This document shows positions 21,484 through 32,992 of a DNA stretch of 64,000 nucleotides, piece by piece. The notes under the pieces are model-generated. The model was not told where the DNA came from and did not search any database. It saw nothing but the letters and a program-made list of their open reading frames with translations. This DNA comes from a virus, in the IMG/VR virus record IMGVR_UViG_3300005805_000044. The stretch is one strand, 5' to 3'. Both the position numbers and the translations under genes were made by a program. How positions within the stretch are numbered: position 1 is the first letter of the stretch; each line of letters opens with the position of its first letter.

Positions 21484-22593
21484 TTAGAAATCGATACGGA
21501 CTTTTATTAATAGTTCACTATCAAAACTCTTTTGAACCGGTCTACTAATTTTACCAATTGCCAACAGTTCATTGTTACCATTATATAGACCAACACTAGT
21601 AATATAAGTTCTTGGATTATTGATCAAGTCTTGATAAATAATAGTGCCTTTTGTTTTACCATCGGTTCCATTTGATACAAAAGTAGGATTGTTACTATAA
21701 TTGAACTCTTTGTTCTTTACACGGACGAAGTAATTTGTTGATGGAACAAATTCACTCTTTCTAGCAGCCATTGGAACTCTTCTTACGTTTTTGATTGCGT
21801 TAAAAAAGTCACGTTGCCACAGACGATATGCGTTTTGAACTGAATTAGCTGCTACATAAGTGGATGAATTGGATAATCTTTGATCAATATATGTTCCGTG
21901 AGTAAAGCCAACTTGATTATTTGTCTTATCAGCATTAAATATTACAATACCATTAGATGGATAAAACAATCCAATACCAGCATATACTGGACTATTATTT
22001 TTTAGATAAGGCGTAGGAACACCGTTAATTACTGATCCAGATATCAAATTATAAACGTTTTGTTGTTTGTTGATAACTTGTGAATCATCAATATAAGAAT
22101 ATGATCCAGAAGATCCAGATAAGTTGATTTGAATTTGACCCGGATCCAATTGATCTTTGAATTTATCTGGAGAAAAATTCATTACAAAGATTTGTTCTCC
22201 ATCAATTGGCGTAGATACGCTTCCAGAAGCAAAAGTAAACAATGTATCACCCGGTTGTAATAGTGTATTCTTATATTGAGAATAAATTACTTTGGATTCA
22301 TTTGTTAAAACTGGGGTTGTTGAACCAGTGTAGTCATATTTTGAACTACCACTATTTTCATAATCACCATAAGCAATAGCAAAATAAGTTTCTCCTCCCA
22401 ATAAAACATTTAAATAATATTGTCCATTTTTAACATCAAATGGTGAAGATCCAGTTAAACTATTGGCTTGTGTAGATGATGTTGTAAAATTTGACTGCGT
22501 TACATATAAACTGCCGGTGCCGAATAATCCAGAAGATACTTGGTTTATTCTTCCTGATACAATATCATCGTTTGTAAATTGACTAAATATCAT
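21484..22593 (-). CDS. Conserved baseplate/tail structural protein
   Basis: YFVRVKNKEFNYSNNPTF and YITSVGLYN..ELLAIGKISRP..K motifs; in the baseplate operon. Confidence 0.7.
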   Translation of the reverse strand: MIFSQFTNDDIVSGRINQVSSGLFGTGSLYVTQSNFTTSSTQANSLTGSSPFDVKNGQYYLNVLLGGETYFAIAYGDYENSGSSKYDYTGSTTPVLTNESKVIYSQYKNTLLQPGDTLFTFASGSVSTPIDGEQIFVMNFSPDKFKDQLDPGQIQINLSGSSGSYSYIDDSQVINKQQNVYNLISGSVINGVPTPYLKNNSPVYAGIGLFYPSNGIVIFNADKTNNQVGFTHGTYIDQRLSNSSTYVAANSVQNAYRLWQRDFFNAIKNVRRVPMAARKSEFVPSTNYFVRVKNKEFNYSNNPTFVSNGTDGKTKGTIIYQDLINNPRTYITSVGLYNGNNELLAIGKISRPVQKSFDSELLIKVRIDF

Positions 22594-22602
22594 ATTTCAA
22601 TA

Positions 22603-23247
22603 TTATGTTGTTGTTGTTGGGACTCTTACCGTTACTGTTATAGATGTATTACCGCCACTTTCATTACCAATAATTGTGATGTTGGTGGTTGTTGTTTTTG
22701 CTAACGAAGCATTTGGAACAAATCTAAACTTATTACCAACCACTGCTTGAGAAGTTTGTGAAGTCAAATCTCCAGCAAAAGATGGAACTGTTGCCGTAGT
22801 GGAATTCAAACTATTTGTTTCTGTAACAATCAAAGTTCCAACATTTTTATTTGCTAATATTGCTGTATAACCCAAAGTTACGTTGTAAGTTGGATTGGTG
22901 CTTGGACTAATACTAATATCTCCGGTATAATCACGATCTACAGCAATTACAGACTGTGCAACACTGATTGTTGGAACCGCAGTAACACCTTGATTTAGAG
23001 TTACCAATTTATATTTCATCAATTGCGATTCGTCAGTAATTGGTTCCATGATGGGAGTGTTACGAATAGCAATGTCGTAATAAGCACTTCCCATTGGATG
23101 TGTTGGATTAAACTGTGTATAGTCAATTTCATCATCTGCTAGAGCAAACGCGGTAATGTTCAATCCGCCGGTTTTAGCAAGAATTTCACGGCCTTTTTGG
23201 GTCAAAACCGCGTTGATCGTAATCACGTTGTTGTCTAAGTATGCCAT
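22603..23247 (-). CDS. Conserved virion structural protein
   Basis: MAYLDN..AVLTQKGRE..FALADDEIDY motif of large-myophage baseplate-region proteins. Confidence 0.7.
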   Translation of the reverse strand: MAYLDNNVITINAVLTQKGREILAKTGGLNITAFALADDEIDYTQFNPTHPMGSAYYDIAIRNTPIMEPITDESQLMKYKLVTLNQGVTAVPTISVAQSVIAVDRDYTGDISISPSTNPTYNVTLGYTAILANKNVGTLIVTETNSLNSTTATVPSFAGDLTSQTSQAVVGNKFRFVPNASLAKTTTTNITIIGNESGGNTSITVTVRVPTTTT

Positions 23248-23293
23248 ATATTAATAATTATCAGTCATTTTAAGTTTTATATCAAAATAGATA

Positions 23294-26200
23294 TTATAAA
23301 TTTAGGATATATTCGTCCAGACTTGCACTGGTTTCCATAGAAGCAGTCAATGGAACTTGAACAAATAGAAGATCTGAATTGCCAGATGATCCTGTAAGAG
23401 TGCCATAAACTGGAAAATTACTACTACTAATATCCAAACTCAAATAGCCAGGTATTGTTGTAACTGGACTTGATCCATTTGGTATACCCTTTCTGTTAAC
23501 TGTGGTAGTTGAATCATTTTTACCCTTGATATATTCGTAATATTTTATTTTTGCAGGTGCAAATACCTTTACGCCATTATTTACAACATAATTTGATCCA
23601 GTAATTGCAATGTATTTTTCTCTTGAACATGGTAAATTTAACTTACTCAAATGTCTTGAAGAATAACCTGAGTTTGATTCACCTTCATATGGATTAGTAA
23701 GCGTTGAAGAACCAGTAACTGATCCAGAACCTACTATTTGAACCAAATTATAACTTGAAGTAAATGTTACTATCTCACCGTTATTATTTCTCATTTCATA
23801 ATAATCGTTGGATGGAATATTATATGTATTTTTTATACTAAACCCAGTTGAGTCTACATTAATATATTTTCCGTATTTAGCAAATATAAAATCTCTATCG
23901 TCAATTGATGCTGGTATCTCAAATCTTGAAAAATTGTATTGATCGTGATCAGTCTGATAAGTGTTTAGTTTATCATCTGATACATTCATATCACTGCCCG
24001 TAGTAAACGTAGGTAGTAATGTTGCGGAATTATCAAAATATATGCTTGATGTATATAGTCCACTTACATTATAGGTAATATCTTTATAATTAAACTTCTT
24101 TCTTTCTAGAATTGACGGTTCAATTAATAATCCGGTTTTTACAACAGCTCTATTTGGAGCTAAATTTTTTACATAATTAAAGACTGAAAAGTCAATGTAA
24201 AGTTTGTAAGTGGTGTAAAATTCTTGTGGATAAATATATTTGGTGTCAGTAGATGCAAAATCTCTTAGTCTAGCATCTAACTCTGGATAATTTTGGGATG
24301 TTAAATATTTTGGATCACCAATTACATCTGTGATACCTTCCTTACCAATGAAGTTTTCAATTTTGTTTTCAAGGTATGTGTAAGGACTTATATAGAATCC
24401 AACTACGTTACTATCACTTCCAACAATATCATTTGTTTTTGTTGAGTAATCATATGGAACCAAATTGGATGTGGCTATTTCATCAATTTTGTTAATTTTT
24501 ACGTTGTTTTTATAATTTGGTCCAAAATTATTTGAATTGATTGCTTGTGGTAAAACAACTTTTTCAAATTGATATGGAAACTCCGATACCCACGCCGGCG
24601 CACACGATGGATATGGTTGATCAACATAATCACCCGTAAAATTAACTGCTAAGAACGATGAAGTATAATAAATATTTTGGTTTGGTATTACAGATGAAGT
24701 TATAGATGATGTAAGAGACGCACTTAATGGCCACAATTGAACTGGCGTATCAAAACTCCATAAATATATTAGATTTCTATATACATCTTCTTTGACTGGA
24801 ATAGAGATAGAATCAATATTGTAACTGTGTTCATCAAAGTCCGACAAATCCAGAGGATCAGTCATAACTTTTATTTTATCAATGTTACCGTCAAATTTAA
24901 TATTAGTGTTGTAATTTCCGATATAATAACTACCACTTGAAAAATATTGATTTTTATCAAATTGTATTAATTTGGTGGTAACACTTCTAAAGTTTCTTAG
25001 TGAACCCTCATACTGATTTACTGCTAATGTATAAGTGTTTGGAACATATTTTTCAGCATTTGATGATGTTATTGATGAAGTTAACACCGTAACAATTATT
25101 GATGCTGATAGATATTGATTCGTTGTTAGGTTTGTGGTCGGAGTCAAACTATCATACTGATATGTATCAGAAATATCTCTGGATACCATAAATGTATAAA
25201 CATCTCCATTAAAATATGGAAGTTCAATACTTTCAATACTAGATGTATATGATTGTTCTGGTGGATGAATATCAAACACTAAAACTCCAGACTCAATTTG
25301 TGTTGATTTTCTAAGATATACTTGCCAATCAATTTTTCCATTTCTTACTTTTTTAACAAGTGGAACTCTATCTTTAAAATTATAGTTTGTTGACTTTAGT
25401 CTGAATGAAGTTTCAAATGTATCATATCCAGTAAACAATTCTGAAGTTGAACGTGATGCTGACCACGATGTATTTGATGGTTTTGTAACAATTACTGATT
25501 GATCTGTAAAAGAATATTCATCTTTGTAATAGTCAAATTTGATATACCTGTCATCTTTGATTCTGGTTAAATAAATAATATCTTCAAAATCGTAATAGTT
25601 TTGACGATTTACAGTAACATCTGTGCTACCATATTCTCTTAATTGAATAAGTTCTGCTGGAATACCAAATATTGATCTGATCAAATCTAATGATGTTGAT
25701 GTTCCTTTTGTTTTGTAAATGTATGGAAGATTATTAGCAAATCTATTTAATATTCTTTTACCATAATCGAAATAAGAACTTGAAAGAGAACTTGATATTT
25801 CACTATTATTAAACAAAAACTGTGACACATTACTATTCTGTAATTTAAAATTGTCAGTGTTCCAACTAAATGAATTTAATAATTCGTCCAAAAAGTTCTT
25901 TGGATAATCACTGGTTTCTGATACACCAAGAGGATATGTTTTTGGAAATTTTTTGATATACACTAAAATATTATCAAAAAAATGACCTACCATTGATGTG
26001 AATTTAAGATAGTCTGCTGATTCATTATCGTCCCTCAAATACTCAGGTAATTGATTGATTAAACTATCAACATTATTTCGATCATAATCAATACCATCTA
26101 ATATTTTCTCATCAATACTTGAAGTGTTAAAGAACAAATATGATTCGTATTCATCAAAAGAATTTAAAATAGCAATTTGTTCTTGTATGTATCGTGATTT

Positions 26201-27760
26201 TTCTACAGAGTATGATGCACTAATAGCTGATGTAACAGATGATACACGACTATCAATTGTATTTTTTGAATCCTCAATTTTATTGTAATCAGATATTTTG
26301 TTTTTAGCAATTTTAGTTCTCAATTCAGCCGAAGAATAAACTATAAAATTATCAAAACTTGTATAATCGATCAACAGATCATTTATTTTTTCTTTCAAAC
26401 GAGATTGGGCAAAAAACAATGTGTCTGAATTATGGTCTGAAAATTTTTGATTTGTTGGGTCCGATGAATTAACGACCACATCAAAATTTACACCACTCAA
26501 TAAAACATTTCTTTTAACAATCTCTGTAAACAAATTGACTTTGAAATACAGCGGTGAGATAGAAATATTAGATACCCAACATGTTGTTTTTACATCGTAT
26601 TCAAGTGGAAGAGGTTCATCCAATTTAACTTGAACATTTACACGACCATCAATTGGATTAAAATAATTTGTATGACTTAAAATTTTAACAAGAACGCCAT
26701 TATCAAAATTCAAAGCATTTTTAAACAAACCAAAATATCTGTTGGCGTATTCTCCCAACAACAATTGCATCTGAGGTTCCAACCAATCGGTATAAATAAT
26801 TTTAATAAATACATCCAAAGCACTTTGTAATTGTATTTGGTTGACTGAGGTTTTTTGAAGAATTCTATCTTGAGAAACTTTGGTTACAATAGTTCTAAAT
26901 GCTAGTATTATTTCATCCTCACTAAACTCTGTTCTATTATAAGTGTATGTGAAATTTTTGAGTTGATCATCAATACCAATAAATTTAGAAGTTTGTTGAA
27001 TTGATTGATCATCTATATTTGATAGTGTGATAATTTTATCAAAACCTATATAAGTTTGAATTATAAATTCTTGTAATTCAGCGGTGCTTTTTAACCCAAG
27101 TATTTCAGCAACACGATAATAATTAAAAGATGTTGAGTTATTAACAAAATTTTGAGAAATTGGATTATTATCAATAATCTGATTTACCAAATCTGAAATT
27201 TGTAAAAACAAATATTTTTTATCGGCAAATGCTGAAGTTTTGATAGCATCTAGTTGATTTACCGGAGTCAACGATGTATTAAAAGCAAACGATAATCTTA
27301 ACTCAGTTCTACTAGGAGATATCTCTTTTATGACCAATTTATTTGTTGGATTACCAGCAACATTTCTAATTGGGTTGAATAAAACGTAATATTGACCCGG
27401 CGATACTTGTGTTCTTAAAAGTATCTCGGATGTATTTAACAAAATATCATTATTGAATTTAGCATAATTCGTAAATGGTTTTGCAAAATCATAAGTTACT
27501 AGTTGATTATTAATATCACGGTATGAACCTTGAGTTACAGAGTAAGATACAGTAGGAACAACACGATTAAATGCTATATCTTCTTGAGAAGAATTATATA
27601 AAGTATATTCAATAATATCACTTTCGGATGTTCCAAAATAACGTTCACGATTTACAAGTTTTTGTTCATACAACTCTTGCAAATTTTCAGTAAAATATGA
27701 CCCACTAGCCACACCAGTGTTTAATGTTGTCTCATCAAATGTTAAATAACTGTAAGGCAT
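23294..27760 (-). CDS. Large baseplate wedge-like protein (gp7-like core plus LamG-like region)
   Basis: LPEY..MVGHFFD..NLPYIYKTKGT..FGIP..REYG segment; FDGNIDKIKV LamG-like strand; 1488 aa. Confidence 0.7.
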   Translation of the reverse strand: MPYSYLTFDETTLNTGVASGSYFTENLQELYEQKLVNRERYFGTSESDIIEYTLYNSSQEDIAFNRVVPTVSYSVTQGSYRDINNQLVTYDFAKPFTNYAKFNNDILLNTSEILLRTQVSPGQYYVLFNPIRNVAGNPTNKLVIKEISPSRTELRLSFAFNTSLTPVNQLDAIKTSAFADKKYLFLQISDLVNQIIDNNPISQNFVNNSTSFNYYRVAEILGLKSTAELQEFIIQTYIGFDKIITLSNIDDQSIQQTSKFIGIDDQLKNFTYTYNRTEFSEDEIILAFRTIVTKVSQDRILQKTSVNQIQLQSALDVFIKIIYTDWLEPQMQLLLGEYANRYFGLFKNALNFDNGVLVKILSHTNYFNPIDGRVNVQVKLDEPLPLEYDVKTTCWVSNISISPLYFKVNLFTEIVKRNVLLSGVNFDVVVNSSDPTNQKFSDHNSDTLFFAQSRLKEKINDLLIDYTSFDNFIVYSSAELRTKIAKNKISDYNKIEDSKNTIDSRVSSVTSAISASYSVEKSRYIQEQIAILNSFDEYESYLFFNTSSIDEKILDGIDYDRNNVDSLINQLPEYLRDDNESADYLKFTSMVGHFFDNILVYIKKFPKTYPLGVSETSDYPKNFLDELLNSFSWNTDNFKLQNSNVSQFLFNNSEISSSLSSSYFDYGKRILNRFANNLPYIYKTKGTSTSLDLIRSIFGIPAELIQLREYGSTDVTVNRQNYYDFEDIIYLTRIKDDRYIKFDYYKDEYSFTDQSVIVTKPSNTSWSASRSTSELFTGYDTFETSFRLKSTNYNFKDRVPLVKKVRNGKIDWQVYLRKSTQIESGVLVFDIHPPEQSYTSSIESIELPYFNGDVYTFMVSRDISDTYQYDSLTPTTNLTTNQYLSASIIVTVLTSSITSSNAEKYVPNTYTLAVNQYEGSLRNFRSVTTKLIQFDKNQYFSSGSYYIGNYNTNIKFDGNIDKIKVMTDPLDLSDFDEHSYNIDSISIPVKEDVYRNLIYLWSFDTPVQLWPLSASLTSSITSSVIPNQNIYYTSSFLAVNFTGDYVDQPYPSCAPAWVSEFPYQFEKVVLPQAINSNNFGPNYKNNVKINKIDEIATSNLVPYDYSTKTNDIVGSDSNVVGFYISPYTYLENKIENFIGKEGITDVIGDPKYLTSQNYPELDARLRDFASTDTKYIYPQEFYTTYKLYIDFSVFNYVKNLAPNRAVVKTGLLIEPSILERKKFNYKDITYNVSGLYTSSIYFDNSATLLPTFTTGSDMNVSDDKLNTYQTDHDQYNFSRFEIPASIDDRDFIFAKYGKYINVDSTGFSIKNTYNIPSNDYYEMRNNNGEIVTFTSSYNLVQIVGSGSVTGSSTLTNPYEGESNSGYSSRHLSKLNLPCSREKYIAITGSNYVVNNGVKVFAPAKIKYYEYIKGKNDSTTTVNRKGIPNGSSPVTTIPGYLSLDISSSNFPVYGTLTGSSGNSDLLFVQVPLTASMETSASLDEYILNL

Positions 27761-27761
27761 A

Positions 27762-28238
27762 TTATGATATTAATGGTAAAAATGGAAAGTCATCACTAAA
27801 ATCTGACGGAACACTACCTTGACCTAGGCGTATTCTTAGATTGATAATTTCTGTCTTCATTGCTGAAATTACTTGTTTATCATCATTATTTTCATATTTT
27901 TCAACCAAAGAATTTACAGTCTCATTCAAAATTCTATTTTCAGCAATTGACTCATTATACTGTTGAAGTAATGTAGCCATATCTTGAGCATTTTCTTGTT
28001 CCACCGTCTGTAATTCATTGAAACTAGTAGAGTTTGTGTCTAAAATTTTATCTGGGTTGTATTCAATAGTTTTCAAAGTAAGATCGGTATAGTAATACTT
28101 ACCATCGTCAACTTTACTTTGATTATAAATGAGTTGAAAGTTTCCGAACGAATCTATGTTGTTCGAAAATTGTCCCAAATCCTTAAACTGTTGTAACTGT
28201 TTAAGACCTACAGTATACTCAACTACAATATCAGCCAT
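27762..28238 (-). CDS. Hypothetical protein with coiled coil
   Basis: 158-aa ORF tightly packed in the structural operon. Confidence 0.7.
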   Translation of the reverse strand: MADIVVEYTVGLKQLQQFKDLGQFSNNIDSFGNFQLIYNQSKVDDGKYYYTDLTLKTIEYNPDKILDTNSTSFNELQTVEQENAQDMATLLQQYNESIAENRILNETVNSLVEKYENNDDKQVISAMKTEIINLRIRLGQGSVPSDFSDDFPFLPLIS

Positions 28239-28239
28239 A

Positions 28240-30102
28240 TTATCTTACAATTTGAAATACCTTGGCGGTGTCCACAATGTCCACCGTTCCGTCTGGATAC
28301 TCAACTCTTATAAATATCGTGAAATATCTTTCTTGAGGCAATCCAGTGGTATCAAATTTAAAATAATTTCCTTGGTTAGGATCACAACTTAACTTAGAAT
28401 ATTGATCAAAATCTATAAAAACTTGACCAGACTCTGCGTCTTTGATCATATAATAAGATGAAGTAGGTAGATATTTTGGTGTCACCATTACTGGTTGTTG
28501 ATATGCTTTTTGGAAATTCTTGAGAGGATATCTATCTCTAGCAAATACAAAAACCTTTGGCATACTACCAGCTTTATAAGTTTCTTTTAGTTGTTGTAGA
28601 GTTATTAAATTTTCAATAGATCCAGTCACAGGTGCTAAACTACCCGTATTGAAATTAGAATCATCCCAAGATATATCGATATATGGACTATAAATTGTGT
28701 TAGTTTCTTTACTGAAGAACTGTAATAATCCATTTGTTTGACCTATTGGAGGAACTGTGGTTTCTAAAGAGGTCATCAATATAATACCATTATTTGGAAT
28801 ACAACCACAAATCCAAGAACGAACAATTTTACTGATATCCATTGTTATATCACCTTGTTGTCCTAGAGTATAAGATTGACTACAAATTAAATCGGATCCA
28901 CTCAATGATGGAAATGCAGATGATGAACAAATCCAAGAAGTCGAATCTGTGTAAGTTGAAGGAACATTATAATACCACGTCGCCCCACCATTTTCAAAAC
29001 TTGCAGTTTGATTTGAAGCGGTCAAGAAATAATCAACTTGTTTATAACTACCAGTAAATGGAACATACCACGGATTACTTCCAGAATATGATCTATAATT
29101 CCAACTAGCCCCCATCTTGGAGCCACCATCTGCCCATCTACCGTCACCATTATCCCAACTTTGACTTACTGGAAACGCGTAAATTGTGTAATTGAGTGGA
29201 AGATTTCTTTGACCACACGCGGTTAAATTGAGAGTAAATTTTATATCAGAACTCGACAATTCATTATTTGCAATAGATGAACTAATATATGATAAATCAA
29301 ACTGAATTAAAGTTCTTGTGATATCTGGTTTGATCAAATAATAAGAATATTTTGGAGGAGTTATTGATCCACTATATTCACCTGTAAATGAACCCTGAAA
29401 ATCAATAACATCTAAATAGTTAGAAATACTAGCGGAGACCTGTGTAGATATTATACCTTTAAAACTCGATCCACTAATACTACCACTAAATGTTCCATCC
29501 AACATACAAAGTGGACCATATCCCGTGCATGAAGTTCCATATATACTGCCTGTAAATCCACCCAAACTGCCACTTCCAATCAAAGATTGTGTAAGTGGAG
29601 AAGATGTATATGTTGTTCCATTTACATCTAAATTAGAAAAACTTGATCCACTATAAATGGTGCCTGTAAAACTAGCCGTAGAAATTATACCATCAATAGT
29701 TATAGGTTTAGAAAAATTATAACTTCCACTAAAAGATCCAGATGCAGATGTAGAAGATCCAGAAACATACAAAGCTGTTGAACCTACAATATTTTCAAAT
29801 CTACCTGTAAATCCCGCTATAGCTATTACATTATCAATTACGGCACTGGCAAGTGGATATGCTCTCCACAAACTTCCAGAGTATACATAAAAACTAGACG
29901 TAGTATAAGCTAACCATCCCTCATTGCCATACGATGAACTGTTCTCTGGAACTGCTCTCCAAATTGGATCGTAGTATACTAATTTACTACCATTGTTGCT
30001 GGCGTATATCTCTAAGATTTCATCAATACCAAAGTTTTGATTTTTATCAGCTTTGGCATTGTTGATATATGTGTCTTGAGATGGATAAATAAATGTATGC
30101 AT
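28240..30102 (-). CDS. Virion structural protein (DNRLRE-like N/C domains with Ser/Gly-rich insert)
   Basis: DTYI..NFGIDEILEI, RTLIQFDL, NNGIIL, FFSKETNTIYSP motifs. Confidence 0.6.
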   Translation of the reverse strand: MHTFIYPSQDTYINNAKADKNQNFGIDEILEIYASNNGSKLVYYDPIWRAVPENSSSYGNEGWLAYTTSSFYVYSGSLWRAYPLASAVIDNVIAIAGFTGRFENIVGSTALYVSGSSTSASGSFSGSYNFSKPITIDGIISTASFTGTIYSGSSFSNLDVNGTTYTSSPLTQSLIGSGSLGGFTGSIYGTSCTGYGPLCMLDGTFSGSISGSSFKGIISTQVSASISNYLDVIDFQGSFTGEYSGSITPPKYSYYLIKPDITRTLIQFDLSYISSSIANNELSSSDIKFTLNLTACGQRNLPLNYTIYAFPVSQSWDNGDGRWADGGSKMGASWNYRSYSGSNPWYVPFTGSYKQVDYFLTASNQTASFENGGATWYYNVPSTYTDSTSWICSSSAFPSLSGSDLICSQSYTLGQQGDITMDISKIVRSWICGCIPNNGIILMTSLETTVPPIGQTNGLLQFFSKETNTIYSPYIDISWDDSNFNTGSLAPVTGSIENLITLQQLKETYKAGSMPKVFVFARDRYPLKNFQKAYQQPVMVTPKYLPTSSYYMIKDAESGQVFIDFDQYSKLSCDPNQGNYFKFDTTGLPQERYFTIFIRVEYPDGTVDIVDTAKVFQIVR

Positions 30103-30103
30103 A

Positions 30104-32101
30104 TTATACCACTAATCCCTTAATATCTTTTTCTGGAAATTTAATTTCAAATATTGATGGATCCTTCGACGGATATACAATATTATTTTGTGTAGCAATA
30201 TCAATATTATATGCTATTTGAGAATAATCAGGTCCGTCTATATCATATGTCAGATTTTTAACTTTTACCTCAATCACTGACTGGACACCTTCATTCTTCA
30301 TTATTTCAAAGGTAAGTTGACTCAAATTGATTGGTTGATTAAAACTCCAGTTTTCAATATTAAAGAATGCTTGAACTGAAGCAATACAATTATTTAGAAC
30401 ATCACGTTTATTAAATCCAGCAAATACACTGATTTTAAAATCTACACCTATATTGACAATATATCCATCAATAATATTAAATTTATCAGTCAAAATTTTA
30501 TACTGACTCAAGTAATTTTTCAGATTCAATAACGTTGCTTCATTACATTGTGTAAGTTTATTATCTTTATTATACCCAAGGATATATAGATTATTAGTAA
30601 ATGGGCTATTTGATTCCAAGAATTTTCTACGATCCAAAGGATTCAATGGACTCAAGTTTAAAAATTCATTCTCAGCAGCAGAACCAGTAATAACTCCGCT
30701 AATCAAACCTGTATATGAAACTTGACGAGTCGCATTAGATTGAACAAATGCTTTTGCTATACTTCCAAATTGTGAGTTCATAGAATAAACTCTCAACAAT
30801 ATGTCTTCTTCAGTTACAATTCGATTTTGTGAAGAAAAATTAGCAATAGCATTTTGTCTAATTTCTTCATCTGTATCAGGGCCATTTCCACCAGTAGCAG
30901 AATTTGGGTTTGTAACACGAAGCGAATTTTTAATACTATTAAACAGAGTCACTTGACTATCTGTCAATCCAGAAGTATCATTTAAATATCCGACAGCCTG
31001 AATTGTGTTTATCTCGCCTGAATTTACATTTGATGTAATTCCGCCACCAACAATATATGTAATCGTAAGAGTAGTATTTGATGGAGATACACCATAAGAG
31101 TTACTCTTGAGAACATTTGTTCCGTCTAAACTTATATTTAGATTGCCTAAATTTGAAAGTGATACGCCCACATTTGAAGGATTTGGAATGATTACAGTGT
31201 TGTCAAAATTTTCAGTATTAGCACCAAATACTAAATAAGTTGAATTATTCTCATCAATTGTTGTTATAAATCTTTTTTCAGTTCTTAAATATTTTAACAA
31301 CTTTGGAGTTTCGCCTCTGTATTTTGATAATGTTTGGTTTGTCAAAGGAACATTATCCACTGCAATTGGTATTGTTTCTTGTGCTAAATATTGAACTTCG
31401 TAATAATTGTTGTTGTTACTATCAACTATACTTACCACTTTGATAATATCAGTTGCGTCCAATTTAATTTGCAAAAATGGCTCAGGTGCACCAACACTCA
31501 CTTGATTAATTACAAGATTGCCAGAAAATGCTTTTGCTATTTTTTTAATTAAATAAAATTGAGGTGCGCCAGTTTCATCACGACTGTATACAGAAATCTC
31601 TCTTGGTGAAAAAATAGTATCTTGACTGAAATCGACACTTTCTTCTACTAAGAAAGTAACACCCGAAACACTTGATAATACTGTAAATGGTTGTAATATT
31701 AAACAATATGTTTCATCTGGAACATATTCACCATCGATTTCACCGGTTCTTTTAGCTGGTAATAGTTGAAATAGTTCTACGTCAGTTGACGAAGCAGTAG
31801 TTACTTTGGGTTTATATCCAAGATATCTAGCTTGATTTATAAGATTGCGTCTATCTGTTGCAAATTGGACAAAGCTTTCTTTGAATTGCTGGTCGGTGTA
31901 ATATGATAATACGTCGCCTACATACGCAGCTTGTTCGATAAAGATTTGACCCGGAGAACTTTCACTAAAATCTCTATAACTTTGTGGGTAATATTGTTTA
32001 GTAAAATCAATCAACTGTTGCTTCAAAGACGTAAAATCTCTATTAACGTAATTTACGTCTTTAGTATCTGTTCTAAAAGTTTTATTAACTATTTGTGCCA
32101 T
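30104..32101 (-). CDS. Baseplate wedge protein (gp6 / baseplate J-like)
   Basis: RDFTSLKQQLI..YRDFSESSPG..AYVGDVLSYY; ATGG..DEEIR..QNRIVT. Confidence 0.9.
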   Translation of the reverse strand: MAQIVNKTFRTDTKDVNYVNRDFTSLKQQLIDFTKQYYPQSYRDFSESSPGQIFIEQAAYVGDVLSYYTDQQFKESFVQFATDRRNLINQARYLGYKPKVTTASSTDVELFQLLPAKRTGEIDGEYVPDETYCLILQPFTVLSSVSGVTFLVEESVDFSQDTIFSPREISVYSRDETGAPQFYLIKKIAKAFSGNLVINQVSVGAPEPFLQIKLDATDIIKVVSIVDSNNNNYYEVQYLAQETIPIAVDNVPLTNQTLSKYRGETPKLLKYLRTEKRFITTIDENNSTYLVFGANTENFDNTVIIPNPSNVGVSLSNLGNLNISLDGTNVLKSNSYGVSPSNTTLTITYIVGGGITSNVNSGEINTIQAVGYLNDTSGLTDSQVTLFNSIKNSLRVTNPNSATGGNGPDTDEEIRQNAIANFSSQNRIVTEEDILLRVYSMNSQFGSIAKAFVQSNATRQVSYTGLISGVITGSAAENEFLNLSPLNPLDRRKFLESNSPFTNNLYILGYNKDNKLTQCNEATLLNLKNYLSQYKILTDKFNIIDGYIVNIGVDFKISVFAGFNKRDVLNNCIASVQAFFNIENWSFNQPINLSQLTFEIMKNEGVQSVIEVKVKNLTYDIDGPDYSQIAYNIDIATQNNIVYPSKDPSIFEIKFPEKDIKGLVV

Positions 32102-32502
32102 TAGATTGTATTGGTAGAGATTTCAACGTCCGTGTTCGATGTAATTTTATTATATGTGAATGTTACACTTATAAATATCTTATTTGGATCACTATTCTCT
32201 GGTTGAGTTTTAGACAATCCAACTTTTACATCATTTACAATTACGCCATTTAAAAATTTATTGATGTCTCTTTGAACTACATCAACTATAATGCCTGGAT
32301 TTACCTCCAATTCATTTTGTTGAAATAATAGTTCATATAGACTAGATCCAAACTCGTTATTAAATCTACGTTCACCTGGTTTGGTCATCAATAAATTTCT
32401 GATGTTTGCTGATACTTGTCCAATAGTGGTAGTATTGGTATCAAAATATCCATCTTGACCAAGTTTAATAGGTAGTTTTAATCCTAGAGCTTGTTTTGCC
32501 AT
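32101..32502 (-). CDS. Baseplate wedge subunit gp25-like
   Basis: NIRNLLMTKPGERRFNNEFGSSLYELLF. Confidence 0.92.
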   Translation of the reverse strand: MAKQALGLKLPIKLGQDGYFDTNTTTIGQVSANIRNLLMTKPGERRFNNEFGSSLYELLFQQNELEVNPGIIVDVVQRDINKFLNGVIVNDVKVGLSKTQPENSDPNKIFISVTFTYNKITSNTDVEISTNTI

Positions 32503-32509
32503 ATATTAA

Positions 32510-32947
32510 TTATTTCTTATTAGCAACCTTCTTATCGACCGCTTTTAATAGTGCTCTGTAGTCTCTAGTAATTGCCTGAGACACAACCTTAACTGGTTCT
32601 GGCGCATTTGATACAACAGACTCAGTAAGATGATCTTGTATAGATGGTTGTGACGCACCCATCATACTAGCCAATCCACCTTCTTGGGGAACACCACCTG
32701 TAGTTTCATTTAAAATTTGATTCAATACTGGATTATTTGTGTATTTAACAAACTTTTTGGTTGATTGTGATTGGACAGGCTCTTCTTCAACAGTTTCCAT
32801 TACTGCTGATTTATACGAAGAATGTGAATCTGTCACCATTTTTTGGTTTGGATTAGAAAATGCTTCAAATAGACAATTTCTTACTTCCTCTTTGACAATC
32901 GACCTAACTTCTTGTCTGATGAGTTCTTTTAGCGCTTCTATTTTCAT
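32510..32947 (-). CDS. Conserved hypothetical phage protein
   Basis: LKELIRQEV N-terminus; YTNNPVLNQILNET; RDYRALLKA. Confidence 0.7.
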   Translation of the reverse strand: MKIEALKELIRQEVRSIVKEEVRNCLFEAFSNPNQKMVTDSHSSYKSAVMETVEEEPVQSQSTKKFVKYTNNPVLNQILNETTGGVPQEGGLASMMGASQPSIQDHLTESVVSNAPEPVKVVSQAITRDYRALLKAVDKKVANKK

Positions 32948-32992
32948 ATTATATATAATTATTAACTTGTTTGGTATTTTACGAAATTTATA